Positions 26,151 to 39,204 of a stretch of DNA of 64,000 nucleotides are shown in pieces. The stretch covers positions 70,556,001-70,620,000 of the forward strand of contig OX597819.1 of the NCBI GenBank assembly GCA_951406725.2, in the 5' to 3' direction. Made by a program: the position numbers and the translations under genes. How positions within the stretch are numbered: position 1 is the stretch's first letter; the number at the start of each line of letters is the position of its first letter. Below the pieces are notes generated by a model. The model had not been told where the DNA came from. It did not search any database and worked only from the letters and a program-made list of their open reading frames with translations. Origin of the DNA: Octopus vulgaris. Taxonomy: Eukaryota.

Positions 26151-28420
26151 ACACCTCCAGAATCGTAAAATTCAAACTAGTTTGGACATTGTAACTCAGC
26201 ACAATAACAGTTCCAGTGATGATGATATATCACCATCATCATCATCATCATCATCATCATTTAGCATCCGTTTTCCATGCTGGCATGGGTTAGACAGCTT
26301 CACTGAAACTGACAAGGCTCTCCTCTCTGCTATCATTCTCAACCTCCTCTCTTATCTACTATCAACACCCCTTCTTCATTCGTGACCCCCACACTCACTG
26401 TAGCCACCCACATGTACCTCTGACACCTATCTCTACCACCATTCATTGTCTGCCCACCCCTCCACTGTCTCTGATTTATCCACAAACATATGATACTGCT
26501 GTTCCTCACACCAACTGTACTGATGCTTGTTGCCTCCACCTTCTCAATCCACTTCTCTCTCTCTCTCCATACTGATATTTATTATCAACAACACTGTCAT
26601 CCTCTTTTTCCACTCACTACATCCACCTCTCACCGAATTTATATCTATGTGTCACCCTCCTCCCACACGCTTATGAAATAACCAATACTTGCTTAATCCC
26701 TCCTAATCCACAGTCTATATCCTTCTTCATACTCACCTTCTTGCACCTTGTGAGTATGCTCTGGTATCCTATCATCAAAGTTGTTTTCGTATCCCTTTCG
26801 GCTACTCTCACCCACCCTCGCATAATGCAGAAAATAGCCATATATCTCCTCTATGGCAAGACACCTGGGCTTGTCCCTCTGTCATACTTTGGCCTTCAAT
26901 CCCTGGCATAAAACCACTGCTCCCTCTCCCTCTCTCGAATACACCCCACCACTCAGCTATGAAGGCTTTTTCTTTTTCCTTTCTTTACTTTGTTTTGCAT
27001 GGTGCATGGTGACCTCACTTGTAGTGTAGTGTCGGGGGTCATGAAAAACAGCACCCCCAGTTCATCCTGGAAAGCGGATGGTGATAGAAAGGGCTTCCAA
27101 CTGTAGAAAACCAATGCCAGAATAGGCAATTGGAGCTTGACACAGTCCTTTGGCTTATTAGATCCTGTCAAACCATATAACCTCATGCCAGCATGGAAGA
27201 CAGATGTTAAATGATGGTGATGATAATGATGATGATGAACAGTGATGGTGACAAATAATACAGCAAAAATGTGCAGCAAATATAACTGTGGCAAAGTTAA
27301 CGTAGTTTATTAATGCATCATCATCATCATCATCTCAATTTCAATAAACCCAGCTGTAGCATTAATTGACCCGGCTGCAGTACTACTACTTTACAACACT
27401 AAGCTGATTCCTAAAATGGTGACAATCAGGAATTAGTCACGATACAGTCATCGTCATCATTGATTCCTTCTAAATGCCTCACTCTCCACAGGAAGAATGA
27501 CAACAGGCATATAAAAAAAAAACAGTGTTTAAGCAAAAATGAGCTAAGAGAAATAACCCAAAATGGCCATTGGCATTGGAAAAAATACAGCAATGGACAA
27601 ATACAGGTATGTCAAATACCATACGACAGGCATGTCAAACTGCAGAGTCTCTATGGGCTGCATGGCTCATATACAAGTTGCCATGAAGGCTGTATATTTT
27701 AAATTTTATATCAGTTCTTTGTTATTAAATAAATATTTTTTAAAACCTTTATTTTTATTAATTATTAATTTTATTGAAAATTTTTTGGGTTCCTTATTTT
27801 TAAACCTCCAGCTATGTCACTCACAGGCCACACTTGTGCTTGAAAAAGGGCTGTATGTTTGACATGCCTGGTGTACAATTAAAATTATTTCTGCCTCAAG
27901 TGATGTACCATAATTACCAAACGGCAGTTGGAGTTAATGGTTCCATGTAAGAAACACTGCTGGGGGGGGGGGGGGGCACAAAAAAAAAACATCCAGTAAA
28001 CTCCGTAAAGTGGTTGGCATTAAGATGGGCATCCAGTTGTAGAAACCATTCCGAAACAGGCAATGGAACCTGTTGTGGCTCCTGGCCTTGCCAGCTTCTA
28101 TCCAACCATCGCCAGCATGGAAAACAGATGTTAAATGATGATGATGATGACAGCTACAGTCAACCCCCAAATTACATTGAATAAAAGATGACAAAATCCC
28201 CCACCTGTAATCATCATGGTATGAACGAATGTTTCTAGGAATGTGTGCATTTAATTAAAATATGCCATCATCCCCCAGTTATTTTGACTTAGTGTATTAA
28301 TGGCTTTTTTTTTTCTGAAAAGATACTTTCACCAACCAAAATCACAAAACCTGTATCTTAACTAACTCATCTTGCTGAACAGTGTGATATCATTTATCCT
28401 AACAATAGAGGAAAATATTT

Positions 28421-28600
28421 AGTTCTATATTTAAGAGATGAGGAATTATGAACATTATTTACATTATTTACATTTGACGGATATTTGTCCTCATCTTGTT
28501 TGTTGTTAACACAACGTTTCGGCTGATATACCCTCCAGCCTTCATCAGGTGTCTTGGGGAAATTTCGAACCTGGGTTCTTATTCCTAAGGTATTTTTCAA

Positions 28601-28631
<31 letters not shown>

Positions 28632-28720
28632 GTTGTTGTTGTTGTTCAGGTCACTGCCTGGAATCGAACTTGGAATCTTGGAGTTAGTAGCCCGTGTTCT
28701 TAACCACTACGCCATATGCC
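28421..28720 (-). mobile_element. tRNA-headed SINE-like element carrying a hammerhead motif
   Basis: A box TGGCGTAGTGG, B box GTTCGATTCC, (AAC/AAT)n spacer, then GACAC-CTGATGA-A-GGCTG..CAGCC-GAAA-CG-TT-GTGTT at 28553-28508. Confidence 0.75.
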
Positions 28721-28974
28721 TAAATATATATATTTATATATATTGATTACTTCTTTTTTTTTTTTTAGCTGTAGTTGTGCTTAACTCTGACTATTACTTT
28801 CAATAATACTGAATATCATTAAATTTATAATGTAGTAATGATGATGTCACTAAAATACCAACAGCTACTGCAGTAGCTATAGATATGATGATAGTAGTTA
28901 AGCAATATGACAGCTATGACTAAAAACAGCAGTATACTATTACGTCATCAAAAGTAACATTGCTATATTCTTTT

Positions 28975-29385
28975 TATTTTTTATTTGTTTCACTCATTAG
29001 ACTGCGGCCAAGCTGGGGCACTGCTTTGAAGAAGTTTTAGTCGAACGAATCAGCTCCAGGTCTTTTATTTTTTTTAAGCCTGGTACTTTTTCTATCTGTC
29101 TCTTTTGCTGAACTGCTAAGTTACAGGTATGTAAATACACCAACATGGTGGTGGTGAGGAGGCAACAAACAGACACATGACACACACATATATATACATA
29201 TGTCAGGCTTCTTTCAGTTTCCATCTACCAAATCCACTTACAAAGCTTTTGACAGCCCGATGCTATAGTAGAAGACACTTGACCAAGGTGCCATGCAGTG
29301 GGGCAGAACCCAGAACCATGTGGTTGGGAAGCAATCCTCTTACCACAGAGCTACACTTGCACCTAAACAGCCACGCCTGTGCCTA
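28975..29385 (-). mobile_element. SINE family A
   Basis: Reverse complement of the family A sequence. Confidence 0.8.
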
Positions 29386-30120
29386 ACAAAGAAAATTTCA
29401 AAAATATAATCGAAATGGTTACATTCGTAGCATGGCCACAGACTAATGACTGAGACAAGTAAAAGACAGAATCTTAAAGAAAAGATTTGAACCATTCCAC
29501 ACTGTATTGTTTCCTCCTTATCATCAAAATATTACACCCCCCCCCCGGGCCGCTAAGTACAATCATCACTGCATGAAAACCAATCACTAGATTGGATTGA
29601 CTTCATTCATGCACTGTACCTGAGAAGATGGTTTGGTAGCAATGATAGAATATATGTTTGGTGTCATTTTGGCAGCTAGCCAGACAGAATTGAGTGCAGT
29701 TAAGTAATCAGAACAACTCATCCATTAACAACATCACAATGATACAGTTCTATATTTAAGAGATGAGGAATTATGTACTTTATTCACATTATTTACATTA
29801 TTTACATTTGAGGGTTATAAAAGAACTCATATTGATTGCAGACAGCGTATCTATGGCTCACTTCCTCTTTCTCTATCTATTTACTTACCTGTCTATCCAT
29901 CTCATTCCACCTCTTTCAGTCAGTCTGTTTGTCGTCTGTCTGTCTCTCTCTCACTTGTTGCTTTTCTCTCTCATATATATATAGAACTAGATTATTTTGC
30001 ATGCCTTTCATTTTTTAAGGCTGTAGGGTAATATTCAAGGGAAGAAGCTTTGGCTGTTATCTCTAGCAGGCTGAGTGGCCATATAGAGTCATATAGAGAG
30101 ACTCACTTTTGTAGTGCAGA

Positions 30121-30470
30121 ATGAGAAGGGAGGTTATGATAGCAGTTATACTTGAAGGTGAGTCATTAAGGTGTTTAGAATGCAGGTGAGTTTGCCTCTC
30201 CAGAGCTGGCCCAACAACTCACTTACACAAACACGTTGAAAGGCCTCAAGTTGTTAACAAACAGTTTCTAGCAGTTAATCCATTATGCAATCTGTGTGGT
30301 AGGGAATTTTCTGGCCAATCTGGACTCACAAGGAACATGAAAGTACACAATCAGAGTGCTGTACAGAACAAGCACCTGATTGCAACACATGAAAATGAAT
30401 GCCAGATCTGCAACAAAAAATGCAAGTCAGCTTGCTGGCTTTAAAAGCCATTGCAGATCCCACAGATGCT
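30121..30470 (+). pseudogene. three decayed C2H2 zinc fingers, probably the C-terminus of an RTE-type LINE ORF2
   Basis: CLECR*VCLSRAGPTTHLHKH ... CNLCGREFSGQSGLTRNMKVH ... CQICNKKCKS(frameshift)[10 protein letters not shown]. Stop at 30187-30189 and no TGEKP linkers. Confidence 0.7.
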
Positions 30471-30522
30471 GGAGAAAAAAATGCATACGTATATACATAC
30501 CTATATACATACATATATAAGC

Positions 30523-30599
<77 letters not shown>

Positions 30600-30654
30600 T
30601 AGATATGTTTTGACCAATGATTGGTCCAGGCCATGTCTAACTTAATAGCACCAC

Positions 30655-30866
30655 CTGATAGGATTATTTGAATCCTGTTTAAGTCAAGTTTTGTTTATGG
30701 TCCATTCAAGTAGTGAGTTTTTGTTGGGTGAGTTGTATCCAATTATGGGTGGCTTATCTGGTATTCCTTGAAGGAATCTATCCAGACTCCGTTTAAAGTT
30801 GATGGGATCCTGTTCCTCTTTGATCTCTTTCGGGACAATGTTAAATACGGCAGGGCCTGTTGAGGA
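30655..30866 (-). mobile_element. 3' end of a CR1/Jockey-group LINE ORF2
   Basis: Translates FNIVPKEIKEEQDPINFKRSLDRFLQGIPDKP...NSLLEW, a typical non-LTR ORF2 C-terminus. Flanked by (TA)n. Confidence 0.7.
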
Positions 30867-30870
30867 AAAG

Positions 30871-30907
<37 letters not shown>

Positions 30908-32104
30908 GTATGCATACACACGCACATCTACAGAGGGGATACCTAAATGTTTGTCTATTCCCAACAATCAGGTAATTATGAGAAATAAAGTATACATACA
31001 CAAGAAGAAGCTAGACTAAAGATGAGGAAATATAAAAAGATAACAATGAAGGGCTTGTTGTAAAGAAGAAAAAAAAAATTAACTTGCAAGCTCATTCAAA
31101 CTCTTTTCACATTATTTCAATAATGTTTTCTTCATATAACTACCATAAAGATACCTAGTTACTTGTACATCTTTATCTCAGAAACTACAGAACTTTAATA
31201 CAATCTTATCTACTTGCCGCCCCCCACCCCCCACTTTGTGTCATGCTTTTATCATCTCTTTAGCAAGGGGCTCTATGTATAATGTTTATTGGTAGCGGCT
31301 TTAAAAAAGTCAAATGCTGGATTATGTTACAGAGATTAGTCTCTTTTGATATATAAATCACTGAAACAAAAGCAAAATGACTAAAAAAAAGAAACATCTG
31401 GTGAAAGATGTAGGGATTTCAAAGGTGTGGCAGGGGGTGGGGTGGGGGGACTAATTGTTAATTTGTTGTGACATATTGATAGTGAGGGTAATTAGTTAAT
31501 TAATAGATGTTTCCTGTAGAAAAGGCAAAAATAAATCTTACATCTCTAGACAGGGAATTGAATCCCAGACTGATAGACTCCAATTTTGATATTGGTTGGT
31601 ATCAATTCAAGGGCTTCTTATCTCCAAACCACACCCATCATCATCATCGTCATCATTGTCGGTGTCATTGTAATCATCATCATCATCAGTTTGATGTCCA
31701 CTTTTCTATGCTTGCATGGGTTGGATGGAATCTTTTTGAGACAGCTTCCCGATAGCCAGATACCTTTCCTGTCACCAACCCTCATCAAATTTCAAGTAAG
31801 GTAATATTTCCTCTTGACCAGGGTGGTCATCTGGCACAGTTGTTACCATGCCAGGCAAAATGCTTAGTGGCATTTCATTTGTCTTAATGTTTTGAGTTCA
31901 AATCCTACCAAGGTCAACTATGCCTTTCATCCTTTTGGGGTTGAGAAGATAAGTACAAACAGAGCACCGGCTTTGATGCAATCGACTTACCTACACCCAC
32001 AAAATTGTTGGCCTTGTGCCAAAATTTGAAATGAACAACACTGCTTGTATAACAGTGACACTCTTTTACAAGAATCACACAATGTCAAGATAAAGAAAGA
32101 CAAA

Positions 32105-32500
32105 GGCGCAGGAGTGGCTGTGTGGTAAGTAGCTTGCTAACCAACCACATGGTTCTGGGTTCAGTCCCACTGCGTGGCACCTTGGGCAAGTGTCTTCTGC
32201 TATAGCCCCGGGCCAGCCAATGCCTTGTGAGTGGATTTGGTAGACGGAAACTGAAAGAAGCCTGTCGTATATATGTATATATATATATTTGTGTGTGTGT
32301 TTGTGTGTCTGTGTTTGTCCCCCTAGCATTGCTTGACAACCGATGCGGGTGTGTTTAAGTCCCCGTCACTTAGCGGTTCGGCAAAAGAGACCGAAAGAAT
32401 AAGTACTGGGCTTACAAAGAATAAGTCCCGGGGTCGATTTGCTCGACTAAAGGCGGTGCTCCAGCATGGCTGCAGTCAAATGACTGAAACAAGTAAAAGA
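32105..32500 (+). mobile_element. SINE family A (young, CpG-rich copy)
   Basis: Colinear with 2073-2490. Confidence 0.85.
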
Positions 32501-34939
32501 AAGAAAAGAAAGAAACACACACACATACACCCACCCACACACACAAGCAGTGTCATTCATTTACAATCATCATCATCATCATCATCATCAGCTTCATTTA
32601 AAGTCCATCTCCCATGCAGGATGGTTGACAGGAGCCAGTCAGGTAGAAAAACTACCCTGGGCTACTGTGTCTGTTTTGGAAGGGGTTTTGTGGTTGGATG
32701 CCCTTCCTAACACCAACCACTCTGCAGAGTCTGATCATGGGAGAACAATTACCTTGCTTGGAAACTTGAAGGTTGGTGACAGAAAAGTCATCCTGTCACA
32801 GAAAACCTGCCTCAATGAATTCAGTCTGATCCATACAAGCATGAGAAAGTGGATGCAAAACTGATGATGACAATAATGGCGGTGGCAGAGGTAGTGACAA
32901 CAACAATGATGGCAACAACAACAATAACAACGATTTTTTTAGAGATAATTTCTCTTTTGATTAGTTAGAGAAATGGAAATTGACTCTGAATTATATAAAC
33001 ACTAAATAATTCTATTTTCGTAAGCCAACAACTGTATGATTTCATGCATTTACATGATAATTCTTTCATCACTTGACTGGTAAAGGTTGTGCTTCACTGA
33101 TGAGGTCAGAATAAAACTGAAACATATCCAAAGTTGTCTTCTGTGCTTATTGAAAAACTTGAACATAACATTAGCTAGTGACTAACATTTTTCACCTGCA
33201 AATCACATATTTACAGTTGTTTTTTTTTTAATGCATCATGTATGGTGTGCATGTGGTAATAATAACTTGTCCCTTTATTGGTTAGCTTGATTGAAAAATG
33301 TTCAAGTCTTCCATCAATTTTCACTCAATGAACTTTATTTTATATTTTATTCATCACTCAGTTAATCAACAAGATTTAGAGTGAACAACCCTACCCCCCC
33401 CCAAAAAAAAAACCAAATAAAAACTGGTTCTTTTCTTAATCATGTGACCAACACATAAATCAACCAAGGTATTATTGCCAACTTTTCCGATCAAATGGTT
33501 TCTAGTAAACTAGAAATATCTAAAGCTGTGTCGCAACATAAATAGCATAAAAGGAAAACAAGTCTTAAGCACATATATGGAGAAATAGAGGGAGAGAGAG
33601 AAAGAGAAGGGGATGGCAAAGAGAGTGAGAGAGAGAAGGGGAGAGAGAGAGAGAAAGACTGCCAATAGCTAAATGCATGAATTATATATTGATACTATAC
33701 ACACTTTTTTGTTTTTTTTCTCTCACCTTTTATCTTTAATCCATTTCAATCATTAGACTGCAGCCATGCTGGAGTCTTGAAGGGTTTCATGAAAAGAATC
33801 GACTTCAGTACTTATTTCTAAGCCTGGTAGTTATTATGTTGGTTTGTTTTGCTGAACTGCTAGGCTATAGGGATGTAAACAAACCAACACCAACTGGTAT
33901 ACACACACACACACACATATGATGAGCTTCCATGCAGTTTCCATTTACCAAATTTATTCTCAAAGCATTGGTTGTGTTGGTGCTATAGTAGAAGGCACTT
34001 GTCCATGGTGCCACACAGTGGGACTGAACCCAAAGCCACATGGCTGCAAAGCAAGCTTCTTGACCGCTCAGCCCAATCATCATCATCCTCATTGTCTTGA
34101 CGTTCATTTTTCCTTCCTTGCAATGGTCAGATTTTCAATGGCCTTTCCTGTCACCAGCCCTTTCACCAGTTACCAAGCAAGGTTCAAACATGAACAGCAC
34201 AATGGCTTGACATGTTGTCACACTGAAGAGTGCAAACGAATGACACTGATGGTGGCATTTGTTTGCAATTAGTGTATGATGTTCAGACAAGGAGACATGG
34301 ATACACACACACACACACAAACATTCAGACTTATAAATATGAAAACAAAAACAAGTGACTTTTTTTTTTGAAAATTAAGCCTCACGGAGGCACATTGGCT
34401 GAGTTCCTTTCGAGCGTTGGGACTCACAGAGGCACAGTGGCTGAGTTCCTGTTAAGCGTTGGGCCTCACAAGAGGCAATGACTGAAACCTTTGGCATTAT
34501 GTTGTGCTTGAGTAGAAGACCCACCAAGCCAAGCAAAATCACAGTCATGGCAGATACTGGTGTCACACAAATGGCACATAAAAGCACTCATTACACTCTG
34601 GGAGTGGTTGGCACTAGGAAGGGCATCCAGCTATAGAAAACAATGCCAAGTCACACTGGAATCTGGTGTCAGCCTTTCAGTTTGCCAGCATGGACAATGG
34701 ACATTAAATGATGATGATGATAGTACATATGTTCCATGCAATCTAAGCTATTTTCTTATTGATCATCAACATCATCGTTTAATGTCCATGTTCCCTACTT
34801 GGAACAGTTTGACAGGACCCAATGGGGCCAAGGACCGCATCATGCTCCAGTATTTGCTTTGGCATGGTTTCTATAGCTGGGTACCCTTCCAAATGCCAAC
34901 CACTTTACACAGTGTCCTGGCTGCATTTTTCATGCCACC

Positions 34940-35448
34940 ATAACTTTATAAATAGATATTGATTTTGGAGGAGAAATAAAAATTAAAAGGATGCAAACTT
35001 CATTTTATTTTCTCATTAATAAAAATGTTGAAGGCAGCTAAACTGGCAGAATTATTAGTGTCAGACAAAAATGACTAGCAGTATTTCTTACAAATAATAT
35101 TCTGAGTTCAAGCTCCACCACACAGCTTTGCCTTTCATCCTTTGTGGGGTTGATAAAATAAGTACCAGTTGAATTCCTTTTTAGTGGGATGGTGTCAATG
35201 TAATCAATCTACCTTTTCTCCTAAAATTGCTGACTTTCTGTTAATATTTGAAACCATTTAATAAAGAGAGTGAGATAAAGATGCAAAAAAAAAAAAATGA
35301 TTGGGATGGGGGCGGATGTTGTCATTTGTCCATTTGAGGATCAATGAATTTTTTTTGTTGGCTCGTTCCATTGCGTTTGTGTCTACAAGACAGCATGATT
35401 CTGATTTAGAGTGACAATTTGAATGTTGAAAATTATCACAGACAATTA
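34940..35448 (+). repeat. local duplication (copy 1); copy 2 at 40793-41284
   Basis: About 490 bp of high colinear identity, including non-repeat flanks. Confidence 0.9.
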
Positions 35449-35514
35449 TGTCATCATGACTATTATTTTATTGTATGAATCATGCAGATGTAACATATTC
35501 ACAACACCTTGCTG

Positions 35515-35745
35515 GGTGGTGAGCTGGCAGAATTGGTAGCACACCGGGCGAAATGCTTAGCGATATTTTGTCTGCTGCTACGTTCAGAGTTCAAATTCTG
35601 CCAAGGTTAACTTTACCTTTCATCCTTTCGGGGTCGATTAAATAAGTACCAATTATGCACTGGGGTCGATGTAATCGACTTAATCCCTTTGTCTGTCCTT
35701 GTTTGTCCCCTCTATGTTTAGCCCCTTGTGGGCAATAAAGAAATA
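35515..35745 (+). mobile_element. tRNA-derived SINE, family B (Deu/Nin-domain-like)
   Basis: gagctggcagaa...gagttcaaattc head and central cctttcatcctttcggggtcgat..aataagtacc. Confidence 0.8.
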
Positions 35746-37118
35746 AATACCTTGCTGCTGGCAATGAATTGGAATATCATAACATGTTGTACTTGTCCTT
35801 ACATCATACTTTAGCTTCTCAACACCTGGCAGAATGCCACCTCCCACTCTGAAATACTTCTTCCCACTTTGTCAAACGGACTTTTACCTTTTCCAGTTCT
35901 TTTCCTGTCTTGTGAGTTACCATTAGTATCAGTGCCATGAAAAAAAAAAAAACCCACCCAGTACACTCTGTAAAGTGGTTGGCATTAGGAAGGGCATCCA
36001 GCTGTAGAAACCATGCTACCGCTGGCATTGTAGTTCAATGCAACCTTACAGTTTGCCAGATCCTGTCAAACTGACCAGCCCATGCCAGCATGGAAAGCAG
36101 ATGATGATGAAGTAGCCTACTATGAGAATTTGGCTAATTGCATAAGACTTCCAATCAAATGATCAATGTTGACTCCATATATGCAATCATTAATACTACA
36201 CAGCAAAAAAAAAAAAAAACCCGCATTAACACACCTGTCCAAGTTGCAAACCTGGCCAAATTATCACAAAGGGATCACTTTCCTGTTATAAACCGGTTGC
36301 AAGTACATTGAGTTGATCACCTACCATAATACAGACACTTGTCAATACATTCCACGTAACAATATTTGCGCATTTATAAAACATTGTTAACGAGTGTCTG
36401 ATGAATTGAGTTTTATTTCTTTTGTCATTAAAATGTTATTATTTTAAAATGCAGTTCTTTCACAACAATAAATGAATACCTGTTCTCATCATCATCATCA
36501 TCTTCATCATTATCACCATAGTTTTAACATCTCCTTTTCCATGCTTGCATGGGTTAGGTCTGTAATAAGAGGATAACTTTATAAATAGATATTGATTTCT
36601 CTATATAAGAAGGTGTCTGATTTCTAGAAGAAGGACAAGAAAATGCAGTTATACCTTGTGGTGCCTGAATATGGATTTGTGTGTTCTGAGTCCTAATCCT
36701 GCCTGATTAATTTATGCCTTCCGTCCTCTTGTGGCCGATAAGTTTGATAAGTATCAGACAAAGTAGTGGAGTTGCTGTAATTTATTAATACACTTGAAGG
36801 TGGTACTCCAGCATGGACACAATTCAATGGCTGAAACCAGTAAAAAAAAAAAAAATTTTTAATAAATGGAAGAATTAAAAGAGAAACATTCTGAAAATAG
36901 TCTAAAAATTAACAACATATTCTATTATTCTTTTACTTGTTTCAGTCATTTGACTGTGGCCATGTTAGAGCACTGCCTTTAGTTGAGCAAATCGACCCCA
37001 GGACTTATCCTTTGTAAGCCTAGTATTTATTCTATTGGTCTCTTTTGCCGAACTGCTAAGTTATGATGATGTAAACACACCAGCATTGGTTGTCAAGTGA
37101 TGTTAGGAGGACAAACAC

Positions 37119-37160
<42 letters not shown>

Positions 37161-37246
37161 TTCAAGACAAAACCACTATTTTGCAAATCAAACAAGGAAA
37201 GACTTAATCAATACATAAAAAATTTTAATATAAAGTAAATAAATCG

Positions 37247-37290
37247 CCACTACAATTGTTTCATGTCTTCAAATGACATTCGTCAGGTGG
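37247..37290 (-). ncRNA. minimal type I hammerhead ribozyme motif (Penelope-like-element type)
   Basis: Minus strand: CCAC-CUGACGA-AUGUC(auuugaa)GACAU-GAAA-CAAUUG-UA-GUGG. Intact core, stems I and II, and a palindromic stem III. Confidence 0.8.
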
Positions 37291-38544
37291 ATTTCCGATC
37301 TTCTAGTCAGTTTTAGTTTACCACTTCCGCCTTTCTAGTGGATTCGTCAAACTGAACTAAGTTCCTGCAGGAATTTTGACTCTTTTTATAGTGTTATTGA
37401 GTGTGTAGTGGTGGGGAGAGATATAAGATAGTAGTCCCTGTAATTTTGGATTTTTTCCCTAATATTTATTATTATATATATATATATATAAAGTTAATCC
37501 AAACAAGAAAACAAAAAGACAACAACGCGAGGATGTGGAACAAATAAAGTATTTTGAAGAAAGTATAGAGCAGAAGAGAGAGAGGGAGAGAGACAGACGG
37601 ACAGACAGAGACAGAGAGAGAGAAATGGGGTGAGATGGGGGAGGGAAAGGGAGAGAAAGGAGGGAGAGATTGAAGAGAGGGGTAAGGGAGAGGGAGCATG
37701 GGCTTCTTTTCAATTTTCGCCTACCAAATCCACTCAAACAAAGCTTTGGTAAACAACGAGTCTATAGCGAGAATGACACTTGACTAAGTGTGCCATGCAG
37801 TGGGACTGAACCCAGAACGTGTAGTTGGTAAGCAAGCTACTAACCACATATAAACGGTCAAATTAGTAGAGAAAAAATGCCCAGTAGCTACCTCATCAAG
37901 GAAACAGAAAAAGGAAGGAATGGCAGGGTAAGCGTGCAGCAGGTGTGTGTTTTGGAGTAGTGGTGTGTGTACCCCACAACAAATGTGCGTTTAGCTGGGT
38001 ATGGCAGACATGTTATAAAGTGACATGTGCTGCAGAGAATGGCCATATGACACCGCAACTGTATACCATCATACATGACTGCATGTATGTATGTGTGCGC
38101 ATGTTTTGGTTTGCGTATGTATGTGTTAGAAGGTTTGGAGGTGATGTACAGGTATTTTATATTAGAAGAAATGAGGTACTCAGAAATTCGGATGGTTTTA
38201 TATTTACAGATATTTATTTGTATGTTACATGTTTTTATACATCATATATCATATATTAGCGCTTTCGTCCATTCTAGTGGATTCGTCAAACTGAACTAAG
38301 TTCCTACTCAGTCACCCTTTCTATGAAATACTTTCTCATCTGCCATGACCATGTGGTGGTGGGGAGAGATATAAGATAGTACTCAGGAGGGTGATGAATG
38401 GGGATAAAGTGAGAGAGACTGTATGTGTGTGTGTGTGTGTATTTGTGTGTGTGGTCTGACTCAGGAAATCAAGCAACCTGGCCAAACAATCTGAGCAGTT
38501 TGTGAGGAGATTGTGAGAAGTTGTAATTTTGAAGAAAGTATAGA

Positions 38545-38846
38545 GCAGAAGAGAGAGGGGGAGAGAGACAGACAGACAGACAGAGACAGAGAGAGAGATG
38601 GGGTGAGATGAGGGAGGGAAAGTGGAGAGAAAGGAGGGAGAGATAGAAGAGAGGGGTGAAGGAGAGGAGAGAGAGAGGAAAGAGAGGAATAAGAGAGGGG
38701 AAGAGAGAGAGGGGGAAAGAAAGAGAGAGGGAAAGAGAGAGAGAGGGAGAGATAGAAGAGAGGGGTGAGAGAAGAAAGAGGGGAAAAAGAGAGGGGAAGA
38801 GAGACAAACAGAGGGAAAGAGAAAGAGAGAAAGTGAGAGAGAGAGA

Positions 38847-38908
<62 letters not shown>
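38545..38908. repeat. polypurine (AG)n tract
   Basis: Nearly pure A/G sequence ending in (AG)n. Similar tracts at 17100-17500 and 37560-37700. Confidence 0.95.
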
Positions 38909-38912
<4 letters not shown>

Positions 38913-39204
38913 ATAATCTCTGAGTTTTGTACTTGAATGATGAGATGATTTCTTATCAGAGCAAGAAATTGATATAAAGTGAAACAGATTGACCAGAATG
39001 ATATATCGATTGATATTTCATCTAAAACTATGGTGGCAAGCGGTCTGACTCATTAGTACACAGGGCCAAATGCTTAATGGCAGTTCGTTCAGCTTTGTTC
39101 TGAGTTCAAATACTGATGAAGTCAACTTGTTGGCAATATTGGGCTTTGTATATTTGGAGCCCTAGTGTCACTTTGATGGTATGTGCTGCTTTGTCACTCA
39201 ATAA

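Noticed and set aside
28650-28720. Functional tRNA gene
   Set aside because: A and B boxes are present but there is no convincing acceptor stem, and it is fused to a repeated body, so it is a SINE head. Similar decayed tRNA-like pieces at ~2580-2670 and ~2838-2940 were also rejected.
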